From assembly GCA_963751455.1 (NCBI GenBank), contig CAVVUN010000001.1:544001-608000 (forward strand): a stretch of 64,000 nucleotides of DNA, given 5' to 3'. Origin of the DNA: Nitrospirota bacterium. GTDB taxonomy: Bacteria; Nitrospirota; UBA9217. Each line of letters opens with the position of its first letter. Position 1 is the first letter of the stretch. The position numbers and the translations under genes are program-made. The notes beneath the pieces are model-generated. The model was given only the letters and a program-made list of their open reading frames with translations, ran no database searches and was not told where the DNA came from. Positions 18,195 through 28,763 of the stretch are shown here, piece after piece.

Positions 18195-19628
18195 TCAGGC
18201 CTTTGCCTTCGTTTCGAAATCCTTCTTCATCTTCAGAAAAGTCGGAAGGCCGGTTATCAGCCTGCGCGCGCTGTCAGGCGACTTGAACATGAGCGGACCG
18301 AATTTCCTCACCCAGTTTTTCCCGGTATAGAACCGTTTTATGAACAGGTTATACAGCTCTTCGAGACGCTCTTTTGACTTTATGCCTTTGGGCACGAAAA
18401 CGAAGTTGAGGCAGTTCATCAGCTCCCAGTTTTCATTGAAGCTGCCTTCATCATGTATCGTCTGGTAGATCGGCGAACCCGGGAAGGGCGTGAACTTGGT
18501 CATGTTCATGTCGTCCAGTTCGAGCCCTGTTATGAAGTCGGTTGTTACTTTGATCGTCTCTTCGGTCTCGCCCGGCAGCCCCATGATGAACAGACCCTTT
18601 GCACGGATCCCGGCTTTCTGGATTCTCTGCACTGTTGTCTTCATCTCATTGAAGTCGACTTTGGTCTTGTGCCTGGCCAGTATCTCGGGCGCGCCTGATT
18701 CGATGCCGAGGCTCACCATCCAGCAGCCGGACGACTTCAGCATCCTGAGGAGTTCATCGTCCGCATGGCCCACGCGGACCGCGCAGTTGAACGTCATCCC
18801 GAGCGGCTTCTCGCGGAGCAGCCCGCAGAATTTTTCTATACGCTCTCGGTTGAACGTGAAAAGATCGTCGTAAAAAAACACGTGCCTGATGCCGAAATTC
18901 TTCTTCAGGAACGCCATATGCCCGTAGAGATAGTCCGGAGAATTATAGCGGAAGCTTCTGCGGTACACGGAACGGTCGCAGTACGAGCACTGGTAGGGGC
19001 ATCCCCTGCTCGATATGATCGTTGCCGAAGGAGCTTTCGGATAGTTGAACAGGGCCGCCTCGTATTGCTTCGGAAATCCATCGAGTTTATGATACGCAGG
19101 GAAAGGAAGGCTGTCCAATTCGCACATATCTGTGCGGAGACCGTTGTCCTTTATCTCGCTTCCGTCTCGATAAACCAGGCCCTGGATCGTCTCAGGTTTG
19201 GCTCCGGAAGCAAGCTCATGGATCGCCTTCTCCCCCTCGCCGGTAACGATGTAATCGACTGAAGGATATTTTTCGAGTATCCTTCCGCGCAGCGCTGATA
19301 CGTGGACCCCGCCGATCACGATGGTGGTCTTCGGCAAAATATTCTTAATGGCTTCAGCCTGCCAATACGCGTCCATGAAACTGGATGTCACGGCAGTGAA
19401 CCCGACGATGTCCGGTTCGAAGGCCGCGACGCGGGAAAGGACCTCTGCGGTTCCCGCAAGCTTGACCGGCCTGCGGCAGTTGTAAATCTCAACCTCGATC
19501 CCGCGCTGCTCAAGATATGCCGCCATTGACAATATGCCAATAGGCGCCAGACGTACAGCGGTCTCGGTCCTGTCTTCCATGCCTTCGATCCAGTTGGACC
19601 CGAAGGGATTGATAAGCAGTATTTTCAT
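18195..19628 (-). CDS. B12-binding radical SAM protein
   Basis: MKILLINP...GGVH B12 domain; SRGCPYQCSYC motif. Confidence 0.9.
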   Translation of the reverse strand: MKILLINPFGSNWIEGMEDRTETAVRLAPIGILSMAAYLEQRGIEVEIYNCRRPVKLAGTAEVLSRVAAFEPDIVGFTAVTSSFMDAYWQAEAIKNILPKTTIVIGGVHVSALRGRILEKYPSVDYIVTGEGEKAIHELASGAKPETIQGLVYRDGSEIKDNGLRTDMCELDSLPFPAYHKLDGFPKQYEAALFNYPKAPSATIISSRGCPYQCSYCDRSVYRRSFRYNSPDYLYGHMAFLKKNFGIRHVFFYDDLFTFNRERIEKFCGLLREKPLGMTFNCAVRVGHADDELLRMLKSSGCWMVSLGIESGAPEILARHKTKVDFNEMKTTVQRIQKAGIRAKGLFIMGLPGETEETIKVTTDFITGLELDDMNMTKFTPFPGSPIYQTIHDEGSFNENWELMNCLNFVFVPKGIKSKERLEELYNLFIKRFYTGKNWVRKFGPLMFKSPDSARRLITGLPTFLKMKKDFETKAKA

Positions 19629-19903
19629 GGTAATCCTTTCCCGCCCTGCCTGACACATTGCGCAATGTTTTCCGGATGCCGAAAACCATTCGATTGAAGA
19701 GAACCCGGAGTCGTCGCTTTCTGGATATCGGCAAGCACAAAATGCCCGATCGAAAGCTTTTCGAGGAGAAGCGAATGCTTCCTGTTGACGGCAATGCGGA
19801 CTTCATGACCGCGGTCAAGAAGCGCCTTGCGAATGACAAGGCACTTTGCAATATGGGAAAGCGAATTATTGCCGGGAACGAGAAGATATTTCCGAGCTCG
19901 CAT
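19625..19903 (-). pseudogene. Glycosyltransferase (GT1-like) N-terminal remnant
   Basis: SHIAKCL.I..AL..RGHEV.IA motif; ends after ~90 aa at the next gene start. Confidence 0.6.
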
Positions 19904-19972
19904 GAAAGAAAGGCTCTTTCCTTGAATATCCTAGAAGAATATCTTTACTGCCGGGTACTTTACAAACAGGGG

Positions 19973-20393
19973 TCTTTAATTTTGAGTCAATGTTTGAGAA
20001 ACAAAAAAGTACCAAATGAGTCAATAATATTATCCGCGGATTGCGCAGATTTCGTCGATTAAAACCAACGCCTGATTTAATTTGTTCTATTTAAAAATCT
20101 GCGGATATCTGCGAAATCTGCGGATAAAGCTTTTAAAAATTCCAGTTTTGCTTCATCGGTCTCAGACGTTTTCCCCGTTAAAAACCTTTACTTCGCATTA
20201 TCTTTAAATTTGAGTCAAGTTTTTGAGAAGCTAAAAAGCGTTTACCGCGAAGGCGCGAGGAGCGCGAAGGAAACCATACGACAAAATCTTATTTCTGGTT
20301 TAAACCCGTTTCAATTCCTGCTTTCCTCGCGTCCTTCGCGCCTTCGCGGTTCCAAGGTATTTTTTTCATCGGTCTGAGGCCTTGCCTCGTTAA
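19973..20393. repeat. Two tandem ~200-bp MITE-like units with shared flanks but different internal palindromes
   Basis: Shared tctttaa..ttgagtcaa..tttgagaa..aaaaag head (19973, 20201) and ttcatcggtct...gttaa tail (20152, 20365). Confidence 0.7.
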
Positions 20394-20397
20394 GCTT

Positions 20398-21444
20398 TTA
20401 ATTCCCGATCTTTTTTAGATAAATAGTTTTCTTCTCACCCGTGCAGTCGCAATCAATGCACCGTATCAGCCCTATACGGGAACTTCCCGTGGTTGAGAGC
20501 AGATGAAGTCCTCTCGGATTTTCCTGGATCGGGGAAGCATAGAGATGCTGGTTTCGGAGCATAAGAGCGCCCGCAGCCATGTTGAAAGCGCTGCTGTTCA
20601 GTGTGGTCCCGAACAGAGGCGCGTAGCCCGCCGTGGGGACGCCTGAATCGAGAGAACCGAGGTAAGCCGATTCATCAGTCATCATGCCGTCGGCCGCAAT
20701 GATGTTGAGCTCCGGCCGGGCATTGTCGTCTCCAGGCCGGGTTTCCACCCTGCAGAGCGTCCTCCCGGCCTGCTCGGTTCCCAAAAGGAAAAAGGCGGCG
20801 CCTTCGCCGGGAACATGGCATGTCGGATGAAATGAAAAGGGTGTGATCTTTCCGTCAGGCGCGGGCGATAGCTTCCGTTCCGAAGCATAACCCAGAACAT
20901 CGCCGTACTGGTCGACTGCTCCGACCAGCACGTATTCGCACCGGCCGAGAGCCAGCCATGCTTCCGCGAGCTGCAGCGCTCCGAAGAACGAAAAGCGGAA
21001 TTGCGTCACGGTGAGTGTCGGACCTTTAATGTCGAATGTCGTCGAGATGTACGAAACAGCGGCATTGTGGACCGAGTTCGAAAATAACGTCGGCGATGCA
21101 TTAGCGTCGCCGTAATCCAGGATATCGTCAATAAAGGCGAACGTCGTAACGTGGGCGCCGAACGCGGTCGCGAGAATAATTCCGATATTTTTTTTCGTGA
21201 TGTTCTCGATCCCGCTTTCGCGAAGGGCCTCTGCTGCCGCAAGAACGGACATCTGGCTCAATTTATCGGACCGCCTGATCTTTTTAAGGAGCCCCTTGTC
21301 CGGGCTTGCGTTCACGTCGACCTGGTACGCCAGGCGTTTTCCCGTTGTTTCCGCCGGAGGCTGCCATCCCTCCTTCAGCGCCTGTTCGAGCGCCGAAATC
21401 CCCGCGCCCCGTGTAAATATGATCCCGCTGCCGAGAAGATTCAC
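20398..21444 (-). CDS. Ketosynthase chain-length-factor-like protein
   Basis: RRSDKLS.M, ASPTLFSNSVHNAA; no catalytic Cys/His motifs. Confidence 0.8.
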   Translation of the reverse strand: MNLLGSGIIFTRGAGISALEQALKEGWQPPAETTGKRLAYQVDVNASPDKGLLKKIRRSDKLSQMSVLAAAEALRESGIENITKKNIGIILATAFGAHVTTFAFIDDILDYGDANASPTLFSNSVHNAAVSYISTTFDIKGPTLTVTQFRFSFFGALQLAEAWLALGRCEYVLVGAVDQYGDVLGYASERKLSPAPDGKITPFSFHPTCHVPGEGAAFFLLGTEQAGRTLCRVETRPGDDNARPELNIIAADGMMTDESAYLGSLDSGVPTAGYAPLFGTTLNSSAFNMAAGALMLRNQHLYASPIQENPRGLHLLSTTGSSRIGLIRCIDCDCTGEKKTIYLKKIGN

Positions 21445-22619
21445 GCTGCGGCCTCCCTGTCAAAAACGAGAACGGCATTATTCCCGCCGAATGCGAGCGA
21501 CGTCGAAACCGCCCACCGGCCGGAAACCGATGTTCTCTCGCGGACAGGTTCCAGAGGGATGGCCTCGTCCCGCGTTGAAAATCCGGCACTGGCCGGCACC
21601 CAACCGAGCCGAAGTCCGGCAACGGTAAAAGCGGCTTCGAGCCCCCCGGCTGCGCCCAGTGTATGGCCCGTGAAACCCTTGGTAGACAGCATGACAAGAT
21701 CGGGTCCGAAGATATCTTTGAGCACCTTTCCCTCGACCAGGTCGTTATCGCGCGTTCCCGTGCCGTGAGCGTTTACGAACGCGACCTGTCCGGAATCGGC
21801 GCCGGCCTCAGCGAGCGCCGACTTGACCGCAGCCCTCAGCCCGACGCCCTCGGGGCTCGGCGCGGTCAGATGATAGGCGTCGCTCGAGCAGCCGTATGCC
21901 GTGAGCGCAATCTCGGACGATACTCCCCTTTTGCGCGCTGCTTTCCGCGTTTCGAGAATCAGAATACCCGCCCCTTCCCCCAGGTTCAGACCTTTCCGGT
22001 CCCGGTCAAAGGGCGCGCAGAGTCCCGGGTTTACGATCCCGAGCGCATTGAAGCCACAGTACGGAATATGATTCAGTTCATCTGCTCCCCCGGCAATCGC
22101 AATGTCGCAGAGCTCGCTTTTGAGCCATGAGAGCGCAACACCAATCGCATCCGTTCCGGACGAGCACGCATTTACCACGGTAAGCCTCGGTCCGCGGGCG
22201 CCCGTTTTTGCTGCAATATAGTCGGCGAGGTTGCTCGCAAGGAACCTGTTGACAGCCGTCAGCGGAGCGTTTCCTGTTTCCCGGTAAGCGCGGTAGAATG
22301 ACAAATCGTTCAACTGGCTCGCAACGGACGTTCCGATACAGACCCCGACACGAAAGCCGGAGAGGTCCGAAAGCCGTGCATCCTTCAGCGCCTCGTCGAG
22401 AGCCATGAGCGCCAGTGAGACCGTCCTCAGCCCTTCAAGCCGGTACGCTGCCGGGACGTCTTTAACTTCGAACACGGGATTTCGCAGCGTGGTGGGAAAA
22501 AGCGTGACAGGACCTGCGTTCCGGTCAAGACGGCCAAACGAGTCGAGCGTTTCCGCGAGACCAGACCCGGCTGCCGAGACAACGCCTGAGCCGGTTATGA
22601 GTATTGTATTGTCGTTCAT
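21441..22619 (-). CDS. Beta-ketoacyl-ACP synthase (aryl polyene KS-like)
   Basis: NACSSG, NAHGTGT, KGFTGHTLG, AFGG. Confidence 0.9.
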   Translation of the reverse strand: MNDNTILITGSGVVSAAGSGLAETLDSFGRLDRNAGPVTLFPTTLRNPVFEVKDVPAAYRLEGLRTVSLALMALDEALKDARLSDLSGFRVGVCIGTSVASQLNDLSFYRAYRETGNAPLTAVNRFLASNLADYIAAKTGARGPRLTVVNACSSGTDAIGVALSWLKSELCDIAIAGGADELNHIPYCGFNALGIVNPGLCAPFDRDRKGLNLGEGAGILILETRKAARKRGVSSEIALTAYGCSSDAYHLTAPSPEGVGLRAAVKSALAEAGADSGQVAFVNAHGTGTRDNDLVEGKVLKDIFGPDLVMLSTKGFTGHTLGAAGGLEAAFTVAGLRLGWVPASAGFSTRDEAIPLEPVRERTSVSGRWAVSTSLAFGGNNAVLVFDREAAA

Positions 22620-22659
22620 CCTTATCCTTCCGGTTGCCAATGCTGCGTTCCCCGAGACC

Positions 22660-22941
22660 TCAGCGCTTCCTGTTGTCGTAAATGTAATTTGAGATCGTAT
22701 CGATCGAGTAAAAGATTTCTTTACCCTGATCCATGTTCTTGATCTCGATGCCGAAATTACGCTGCAGGAGCACGACGATCTCGACGGCGTCCAGGGAATC
22801 GAGTCCGAGGCCCTCGCCGAACAGGACTTCGTTGTCCTTGATGTCGGCCGGATTGACGTCCTGAAGCGAAAGATCCTTCACGATCATGGCCTTCAGATCT
22901 TTCCGAATTTTTGTCAGTTCCTGTTCCTTGGTATCTGCCAT
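22660..22941 (-). CDS. Acyl carrier protein
   Basis: LFGEGLGLDSLDAVE. Confidence 0.9.
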   Translation of the reverse strand: MADTKEQELTKIRKDLKAMIVKDLSLQDVNPADIKDNEVLFGEGLGLDSLDAVEIVVLLQRNFGIEIKNMDQGKEIFYSIDTISNYIYDNRKR

Positions 22942-22960
22942 ATAGTCTCCTTCAATAATT

Positions 22961-23240
22961 CAAGTTCGAAATTCTAAACTACAAATCCTAAATAATATCG
23001 AATCTCAAAAAACTCAAAATTCGAATTTGATATTTCGATATTGTTTCGAATTTAGAAATTAGTAATTAGTCAGTTACAAATCAAATTCTTCTCAAAATGG
23101 GAAAAATATTTACCGCGAAGGCGCGAAGGTCGCGAAGAAAACCTTGCAAGTCTTGAATTAAAAAACAAAATCTTTTTTTGATGTCCTTCGCGTTCTTCGC
23201 GCCTTAGCGGTTCCAAGGTTTTAGTTCCGGCTTGTCCGGG
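22961..23240. repeat. Intergenic palindromic repeats (7-mer ttcgaa iterations; family B cgcgaagg palindrome 23109-23213)
   Basis: 23109-23213 matches 20241-20351. Confidence 0.7.
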
Positions 23241-23255
23241 TTAGGATTTGATGAT

Positions 23256-24155
23256 TTACTCATTCCCCTTCCACATGTCCCTGAAGACGAACCACTGATA
23301 GGGATATTGCGCTGCGTACTCTTCCAGGATGCGGGCAAACTGCTGAATGCATTCCTGCGCTTCTTCCCGTTTCCTGGTCCGTCCGGCCGAAGGCGGATTT
23401 ATCATGTGCGATACATCGACGATATACTTGCGGGCGCTCACCTTTGCCGAAAGGAGCACCACGACCGGGCATTGCGCCGCAGCCGCTATGCTGAATGCGC
23501 CGTGAGGAAAACGGACCTCTCCGCCGAGAAACGATGCAGGCAGCGAGCTGTACCCGTAGGTACGGTCGCCCATGATCGAAACAAGATCTCCCCGGTTCAG
23601 GGCCTTCAACGCTTCCACTACGCCGCCGAGCGAATCGTCCGTGGAAAGGATCTTCACCCGTTCGTCGCTCCCTATTCCCAGCGTTGCTTTCACGGCTGCG
23701 TTATCCTCAGGCCGCATCATTAGGTAGACCGTCTTGTTGAATCTTCTGAGCGCGGTCATGGCCACTTGCCAGTTTCCCACGTGGGCGGTCAGGAGTATCA
23801 CTCCCTTGTTGCCTTCGGCAAGGTAGGTTCTGAGCGCTTCATACCCCTGTATCTGCATGCCGATCTTATCGCCGCCCGCGATGAGGTAGTAGCGATCTAT
23901 CAGACTTTTCCCCTGACTCGCGAACAGCCGATACACGTCGAATCTCCGGCGCAGGCCGCCGTGTTCCGGGAACCTCCTGCGGACATAAGCCATGCCTGTC
24001 TCGACCGCCCCGCTGTCGAACAATGCATAGTAGAGGGCGACTACATAGAGCAGGCTGTAGGCGCCGCCCAGGCCGAAAATTCCGAGTGCCGTCCGGAAAA
24101 ACCAGAACCCGAGACGATTGCCTCTCTTCCGTTCAGCAGCCGTCTTTTGCGCCAT
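23256..24155 (-). CDS. Lipid A lauroyltransferase-like (lysophospholipid) acyltransferase
   Basis: LLTAHVGNW, IMGDR, YPYQWF. Confidence 0.85.
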   Translation of the reverse strand: MAQKTAAERKRGNRLGFWFFRTALGIFGLGGAYSLLYVVALYYALFDSGAVETGMAYVRRRFPEHGGLRRRFDVYRLFASQGKSLIDRYYLIAGGDKIGMQIQGYEALRTYLAEGNKGVILLTAHVGNWQVAMTALRRFNKTVYLMMRPEDNAAVKATLGIGSDERVKILSTDDSLGGVVEALKALNRGDLVSIMGDRTYGYSSLPASFLGGEVRFPHGAFSIAAAAQCPVVVLLSAKVSARKYIVDVSHMINPPSAGRTRKREEAQECIQQFARILEEYAAQYPYQWFVFRDMWKGNE

Positions 24156-25332
24156 AGGCATACCTGGCTTTTCTGATGAGCAGGGAGCTCGCAAATACAA
24201 TCCCCCCGATCACCACGGCAAGAACCGGTCCGATGATGAGCGAACCCAGAAACCATTCGTACAACCGGGAGGAAAATTGCTCGAACACGGTCCTGAAGGA
24301 AAGATCGGTCAGCCATTGGCCGTGCCGGAGATAATACCCGGTCTCGATGCAGAGGGCCGGGACGAGCGGCGGCATGGCGATATGCTGCACATTGAGTGAA
24401 ACCACTTTGTTCAGGTTGAGCCTGAGCGAAACGTACAGGATTACGACCGTATGCAGAAATAGAAGCGGCAGCACGCCGAGAAACACTCCTATCGCTGCTG
24501 AAGCCGCAAGCCCCTCGGGAGTCGCGTTCTCCTCGAGTAGAAGCTTAAGAACCTTCCCGGGATGTTTAAGCAGGGAAAGGTCGAAAGGTCCCTTCATATC
24601 CACGAGTTGTTTATGGGGAAGCGGAATCAGGCGTCTGACCACGAGCATCGAATGGATGCACGAAAGACGGGCGTTGTCGAGAAACGGCTTGAAGCTCGAA
24701 ACACGCTCCTCGGGTTTCGGATACCGCACGGAGACCGGGACCATCCTGAGATCAAGCCCGGCCCAGGCCGCCTTTGCAAGGACCTCCGCCTCGAAGTCGT
24801 AGCGGGCGCCCCTGAAATTGAGGCGGTTGAGATACTGGACCGGATAGACGCGGAATCCGCTCTGGCAGTCGTCTACCGTAATCCCTGCCTCGACCTTCAG
24901 CCAGAAATTTGCGAATTTACGGCCGAACCTGCTGGACGCAGGAACATTTTCCGTATCGAAGTTCCTGCAGCCTATAATAAGCGCCGGTTTCCTGTCCCGC
25001 ATCTCGTCCGCGAAACGCGTGATATCGCGCGGGTCATGCTGCCCATCCGCGTCGATCGTTATCATATACACGCCGCCCCGCTCTTCTATATAACGGGACG
25101 CGGTCAGAATCGCGCGTCCCTTGCCGCGGTTCTTGTCATGTTTCAGAACGACGACATCGAGACCGGCGAGGAGCGCGGCAACGTCGGCATCTGTGCTGCC
25201 GTCATCAACCACGACGACATGTCCCACCATTGACCGGCATCCGGCCACGACCTCTTTTACGGTTGATCCGTTGTTAAAGACCGGCACCGCAACCCATATG
25301 CGGTCATCCTGCGCCGTACTATTTTGCAACAT
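24133..25332 (-). CDS. GT2 glycosyltransferase fused to DUF2062
   Basis: VPVFN, VVDDGSTD, DADGQHDP, DCQSGFRVY; C-terminal hydrophobic DUF2062-like region. Confidence 0.85.
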   Translation of the reverse strand: MLQNSTAQDDRIWVAVPVFNNGSTVKEVVAGCRSMVGHVVVVDDGSTDADVAALLAGLDVVVLKHDKNRGKGRAILTASRYIEERGGVYMITIDADGQHDPRDITRFADEMRDRKPALIIGCRNFDTENVPASSRFGRKFANFWLKVEAGITVDDCQSGFRVYPVQYLNRLNFRGARYDFEAEVLAKAAWAGLDLRMVPVSVRYPKPEERVSSFKPFLDNARLSCIHSMLVVRRLIPLPHKQLVDMKGPFDLSLLKHPGKVLKLLLEENATPEGLAASAAIGVFLGVLPLLFLHTVVILYVSLRLNLNKVVSLNVQHIAMPPLVPALCIETGYYLRHGQWLTDLSFRTVFEQFSSRLYEWFLGSLIIGPVLAVVIGGIVFASSLLIRKARYAYGAKDGC

Positions 25333-26689
25333 GCCTGACCCTTTCCCGCGGCTTCCTTTGAGGCAGAAGCAGATCCCACATCGGCCCGGTATGTCCCATT
25401 TTGTGAAGTATCTGGAGATTCGCATCCAATGCATCAGGCGGAAACACGCAGTGGCGAACGCCTTCAAACGCTTTCTTCAGCCTCTCCTCGAGCCATTTTC
25501 TGTCCACTGCCGGCGACAGATAATAGACCGGTTCGAGAAGTCCATCGTCCTGCTTGATCAATTTTTCGTTGATTGCCAGCCTGGCCAGGGGCGTACCAGG
25601 CAGTATCCGGATGCCCATGAAGATAAAGACCACGCATTTCTGGAGCCCGAGAATATTTTTTATTCCTTCCTCCACGGTCTCCGGCGTCTCTCCCGGCCCG
25701 CCGAACATGAAAAAATGCGAGGCGGCTACGTCGTGGCGCACAAAAAGTTCGGTGCACTCGCTGATGTCGCTGAAGGTGAAGCTTTTGCCCATTCTTCTGA
25801 GCGTCGTGTCGCACGCGGCGTCCGATCCGACTTCAGCTGCGGCAAATCCCGTTTTCTTCATGCGTTCGATGATAGCATCGTTCAGCCCCCGGGGTTTGAA
25901 AAAAGCCATCCAGGGGATTGTAACGTTCCGCCGCTCCATCTCATCGATCACATCGAGGTACGCCCCTTCGTCGTCGTTAAAGACCGAGTCGACGAAAAAA
26001 ATGTACTTGGTTTTGAACTTGTCTCGAAGCAGCTCGATGTCGTCGACTACAGCCCGGGGCTCCCGCCTTCTGAGCTGCGGCCCTTCGAGAACCGGGTAGG
26101 TGCAGTAGACGCATTTGTAGGAGCACCCGCGCTTTGTCTGGACCGACGCTATATTCCCGCTGTGGAGATAGAACTCGAGGAGTTTCGGATCGTACAGCGC
26201 CGACTGTATCTGGTCGCCCGACAACCGGGATTGGGGCACGATGAGCATCTCCCCGGGATAGATCCCGTTTGCGGCGTTGTTCGCAAATTGAACTGCCTGC
26301 ACTTCTCCCTCGCCGATAATGCCGTAATCAGCGCCCGTCTCTTTCAGGATGAGGTCCGGGATGAGCGAAAAACCGGCCCCGCCGAGAATAATCTTGACCT
26401 TCGATACTGTTCGTATCTTCGTTACGATGTTCTTAACATTTTGAATATAATACTGTTCGTTCATCAGGTTCACGTTGTCGATATTGCGGACGGAAATCCC
26501 GACGAGACCGGGCCCAAACTCGGCTACTGCATGCGCCATTGCATCTACAGACGTTTGCTGCTCGAGAAAATCCACCTGCCGGACTTCGTGGCCGGCCCTG
26601 GTGAGCGCAGCTGCGACCATGCTTACACCGAGCGGGTAAATCGGGTAGGGCGACAGGGTTACATTTGCCGAAATCAGCAATATCTTCAT
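25319..26689 (-). CDS. Lipid-biosynthesis B12-binding radical SAM protein
   Basis: YPIYPLG, ISVRNIDN, TKRGCSYKCVYC. Confidence 0.85.
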   Translation of the reverse strand: MKILLISANVTLSPYPIYPLGVSMVAAALTRAGHEVRQVDFLEQQTSVDAMAHAVAEFGPGLVGISVRNIDNVNLMNEQYYIQNVKNIVTKIRTVSKVKIILGGAGFSLIPDLILKETGADYGIIGEGEVQAVQFANNAANGIYPGEMLIVPQSRLSGDQIQSALYDPKLLEFYLHSGNIASVQTKRGCSYKCVYCTYPVLEGPQLRRREPRAVVDDIELLRDKFKTKYIFFVDSVFNDDEGAYLDVIDEMERRNVTIPWMAFFKPRGLNDAIIERMKKTGFAAAEVGSDAACDTTLRRMGKSFTFSDISECTELFVRHDVAASHFFMFGGPGETPETVEEGIKNILGLQKCVVFIFMGIRILPGTPLARLAINEKLIKQDDGLLEPVYYLSPAVDRKWLEERLKKAFEGVRHCVFPPDALDANLQILHKMGHTGPMWDLLLPQRKPRERVRHVAK

Positions 26690-27957
26690 CGATTCTTCCC
26701 CACGGCCTCTTCTTTCTTCCATCTCGTGCGCCTGAGCTCAGCGCCCCGGTAGGTTCCATCGGCCGTTTCCTTTTCAATGACCTTCATGAACAGCTTGGCC
26801 ATCCTCAGGTTCTGGCTGCTTTCCTGATAAAACGTATCCCAGGCATAATAATAAAGGTCCTGCAGGCGGGAGGCGGTCAGCTTCGCCGGTTGGTAAACCA
26901 CCGTGCCGCCCGTATAACGCCTCCAGTCATTCGAGAGAATTCTTCCCTCTTTCTGGAGGCTCTCGCGAATAGGCGTATGCGGGAACGGGGTGAGGATGGT
27001 GAATTCGGCCAGATCGAGGTTGATCTCGAGGAGAAAATCGACAAGCCGCTTGATATAATCCTCATCCTGTTCATCGGTCCCGAGAATGATCGTCCCCTCG
27101 ACCCCGATTCCCCGCTCCTGAAGGCGCTTCACCCGGTTTCTGATATGATCGGACGTGTCGAAGATCGCCTGGTACACGTACCAGCACCCGGCCTGGACCG
27201 CGAGATCGAGGATCTCGTCGTCATCCTTGATAGGATGGCAGACCCATTTCTTTTTAAGCGGGATCAAAGCCCTGAACAGGTCCTTCTCCCACTGGTCGTT
27301 CTGCGCCATCGAATTATCGACGAAAAACAGGCGGTTATTATCGATTGCGGCCACTTCGCGGACAACGTCATCTATCGGCCGGGGCCTGAATTCCCGCCCC
27401 CCGAGAAACGGCGTACAGCACGGGAAGCAGTTGAATCTGCAGCCTCTTGATGCATGGATCAGGTCCACCATCTGAACGCCCCGGTAGTTGTAGAGGTCCC
27501 GGTCGAGAATACTTCGCCGGGCCGGGCCGACGAACTTCATGTCGGGAAAATTCCACTGGAAATCGTATGTCTTTTTAAGTTGTCCCTTTTTGAGGTCCTC
27601 GATCACCTGCCCGAAGCGTCCCTCTGCTTCGCCGAGGAAAATAGCGTCCGCATGCCCACGGGTTTCGTCCGCATGCAGCATCGTTCCGATCCCGCCGAAA
27701 ATCACCGGAATGCCCCGCGCCCGGAAGGCGTCTGCTATTTCCCAGCCGCGCGGTATCTGGCAGGTCAGCATACAGGAGATCGCAACGAGGTCAACCTTCT
27801 CATCGAAATTGAGCGTCTGTACATGCTCGTCTATGAAGGTAAGTTCGTGTTCCGCGGGAACGGTCGCAGCAAAGCAGATGGGTCCATGCGGAGGGAGATG
27901 AAATTCTGTCTGCCGTTCGAGTTTCGGCCATTTCGGGTAAATAAGTTTAATCTTCAC
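26686..27957 (-). CDS. B12-binding radical SAM protein
   Basis: B12-like N-terminus; SRGCRFNCFPC; LTPFPHT. Confidence 0.85.
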   Translation of the reverse strand: MKIKLIYPKWPKLERQTEFHLPPHGPICFAATVPAEHELTFIDEHVQTLNFDEKVDLVAISCMLTCQIPRGWEIADAFRARGIPVIFGGIGTMLHADETRGHADAIFLGEAEGRFGQVIEDLKKGQLKKTYDFQWNFPDMKFVGPARRSILDRDLYNYRGVQMVDLIHASRGCRFNCFPCCTPFLGGREFRPRPIDDVVREVAAIDNNRLFFVDNSMAQNDQWEKDLFRALIPLKKKWVCHPIKDDDEILDLAVQAGCWYVYQAIFDTSDHIRNRVKRLQERGIGVEGTIILGTDEQDEDYIKRLVDFLLEINLDLAEFTILTPFPHTPIRESLQKEGRILSNDWRRYTGGTVVYQPAKLTASRLQDLYYYAWDTFYQESSQNLRMAKLFMKVIEKETADGTYRGAELRRTRWKKEEAVGKNR

Positions 27958-28085
27958 GGTAAAGCCTTTCTGTTTGAACTGTTTAATCCCTTACAGTGCC
28001 TATATTAAAACAATTTGCCGCAAAAATGCGCAAAAAGCGCAAAGGGAGATATTTGCTGGTCTTGGGTATTGCCTCGTTAAACAAT

Positions 28086-28751
28086 TTAATCCGTGTAAAC
28101 GGTTGTCTCCAATTTTCGTATCATGTCCGGCAAACTGATACTCGATTCTATAACAGATCGAACAGCAGTCAGCTCGGACAGAACTCCCGAGTCACGTTCT
28201 GAACTTTGCGACAGGACAAAGAAAACCGGTTCGTCCACTTCCGCGAGTCCTGCCAGGATAATCGGTGACTCGCCTGAAGCGATCATACCTGACGCGGTGT
28301 CCAGAACCCGGACAAGGGAAAGACCGCCCGCGTAATACATCGGCCCCTGCAAGCCGAAGTGAATCGCCGCTTCTCCGAGCGGGCTGGAAGGCAGCGTGTA
28401 AATAAAAAGATTCCCTCTCGACAGCTTCCTCCCGCCGTTTATATAATCACGGAAGAATTCGAGGTCCGCCCGGAGCGACCCCTCGCCGTTCGTCCCGATG
28501 ATGCCGATGTCCCGCTTTCGCTCCGGGGAATATTCGATGCCTGCATCCTGCATTGCAAGCGCAACGGCATAGGCAGTCGATCTGGAAACAGCGTCCATAC
28601 GCCCGAAATTCTTGAACGGGTGCGAAAAGATTCCCTTTTGCGGAAGCGAGTCCGCATCTTCGCCGTTCTCAAAAGCCTGCCGAAGACCGCTCCTGACGCA
28701 GCCGCAGCCCTCTTGTGTGAGCCAGCCTATTCCCCGGATGTAGATAGCCAT
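28086..28751 (-). CDS. Ketosynthase N-terminal-domain (CLF-like) protein
   Basis: FGRMD, LFIYTLPSSPLGEAAI; no catalytic motifs. Confidence 0.75.
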   Translation of the reverse strand: MAIYIRGIGWLTQEGCGCVRSGLRQAFENGEDADSLPQKGIFSHPFKNFGRMDAVSRSTAYAVALAMQDAGIEYSPERKRDIGIIGTNGEGSLRADLEFFRDYINGGRKLSRGNLFIYTLPSSPLGEAAIHFGLQGPMYYAGGLSLVRVLDTASGMIASGESPIILAGLAEVDEPVFFVLSQSSERDSGVLSELTAVRSVIESSISLPDMIRKLETTVYTD

Positions 28752-28763
28752 ATCATCTATAGG

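Noticed and set aside
20181-20190. AAAACCTTTA matching the iterated transposon-end unit
   Set aside because: Short AT-rich match without the adjoining GGTCAAG; likely chance
25121-26752. 543-aa plus-strand ORF and other long antisense ORFs across 18-58 kb
   Set aside because: They shadow well-supported genes on the opposite strand in GC-rich DNA and have no recognisable motifs
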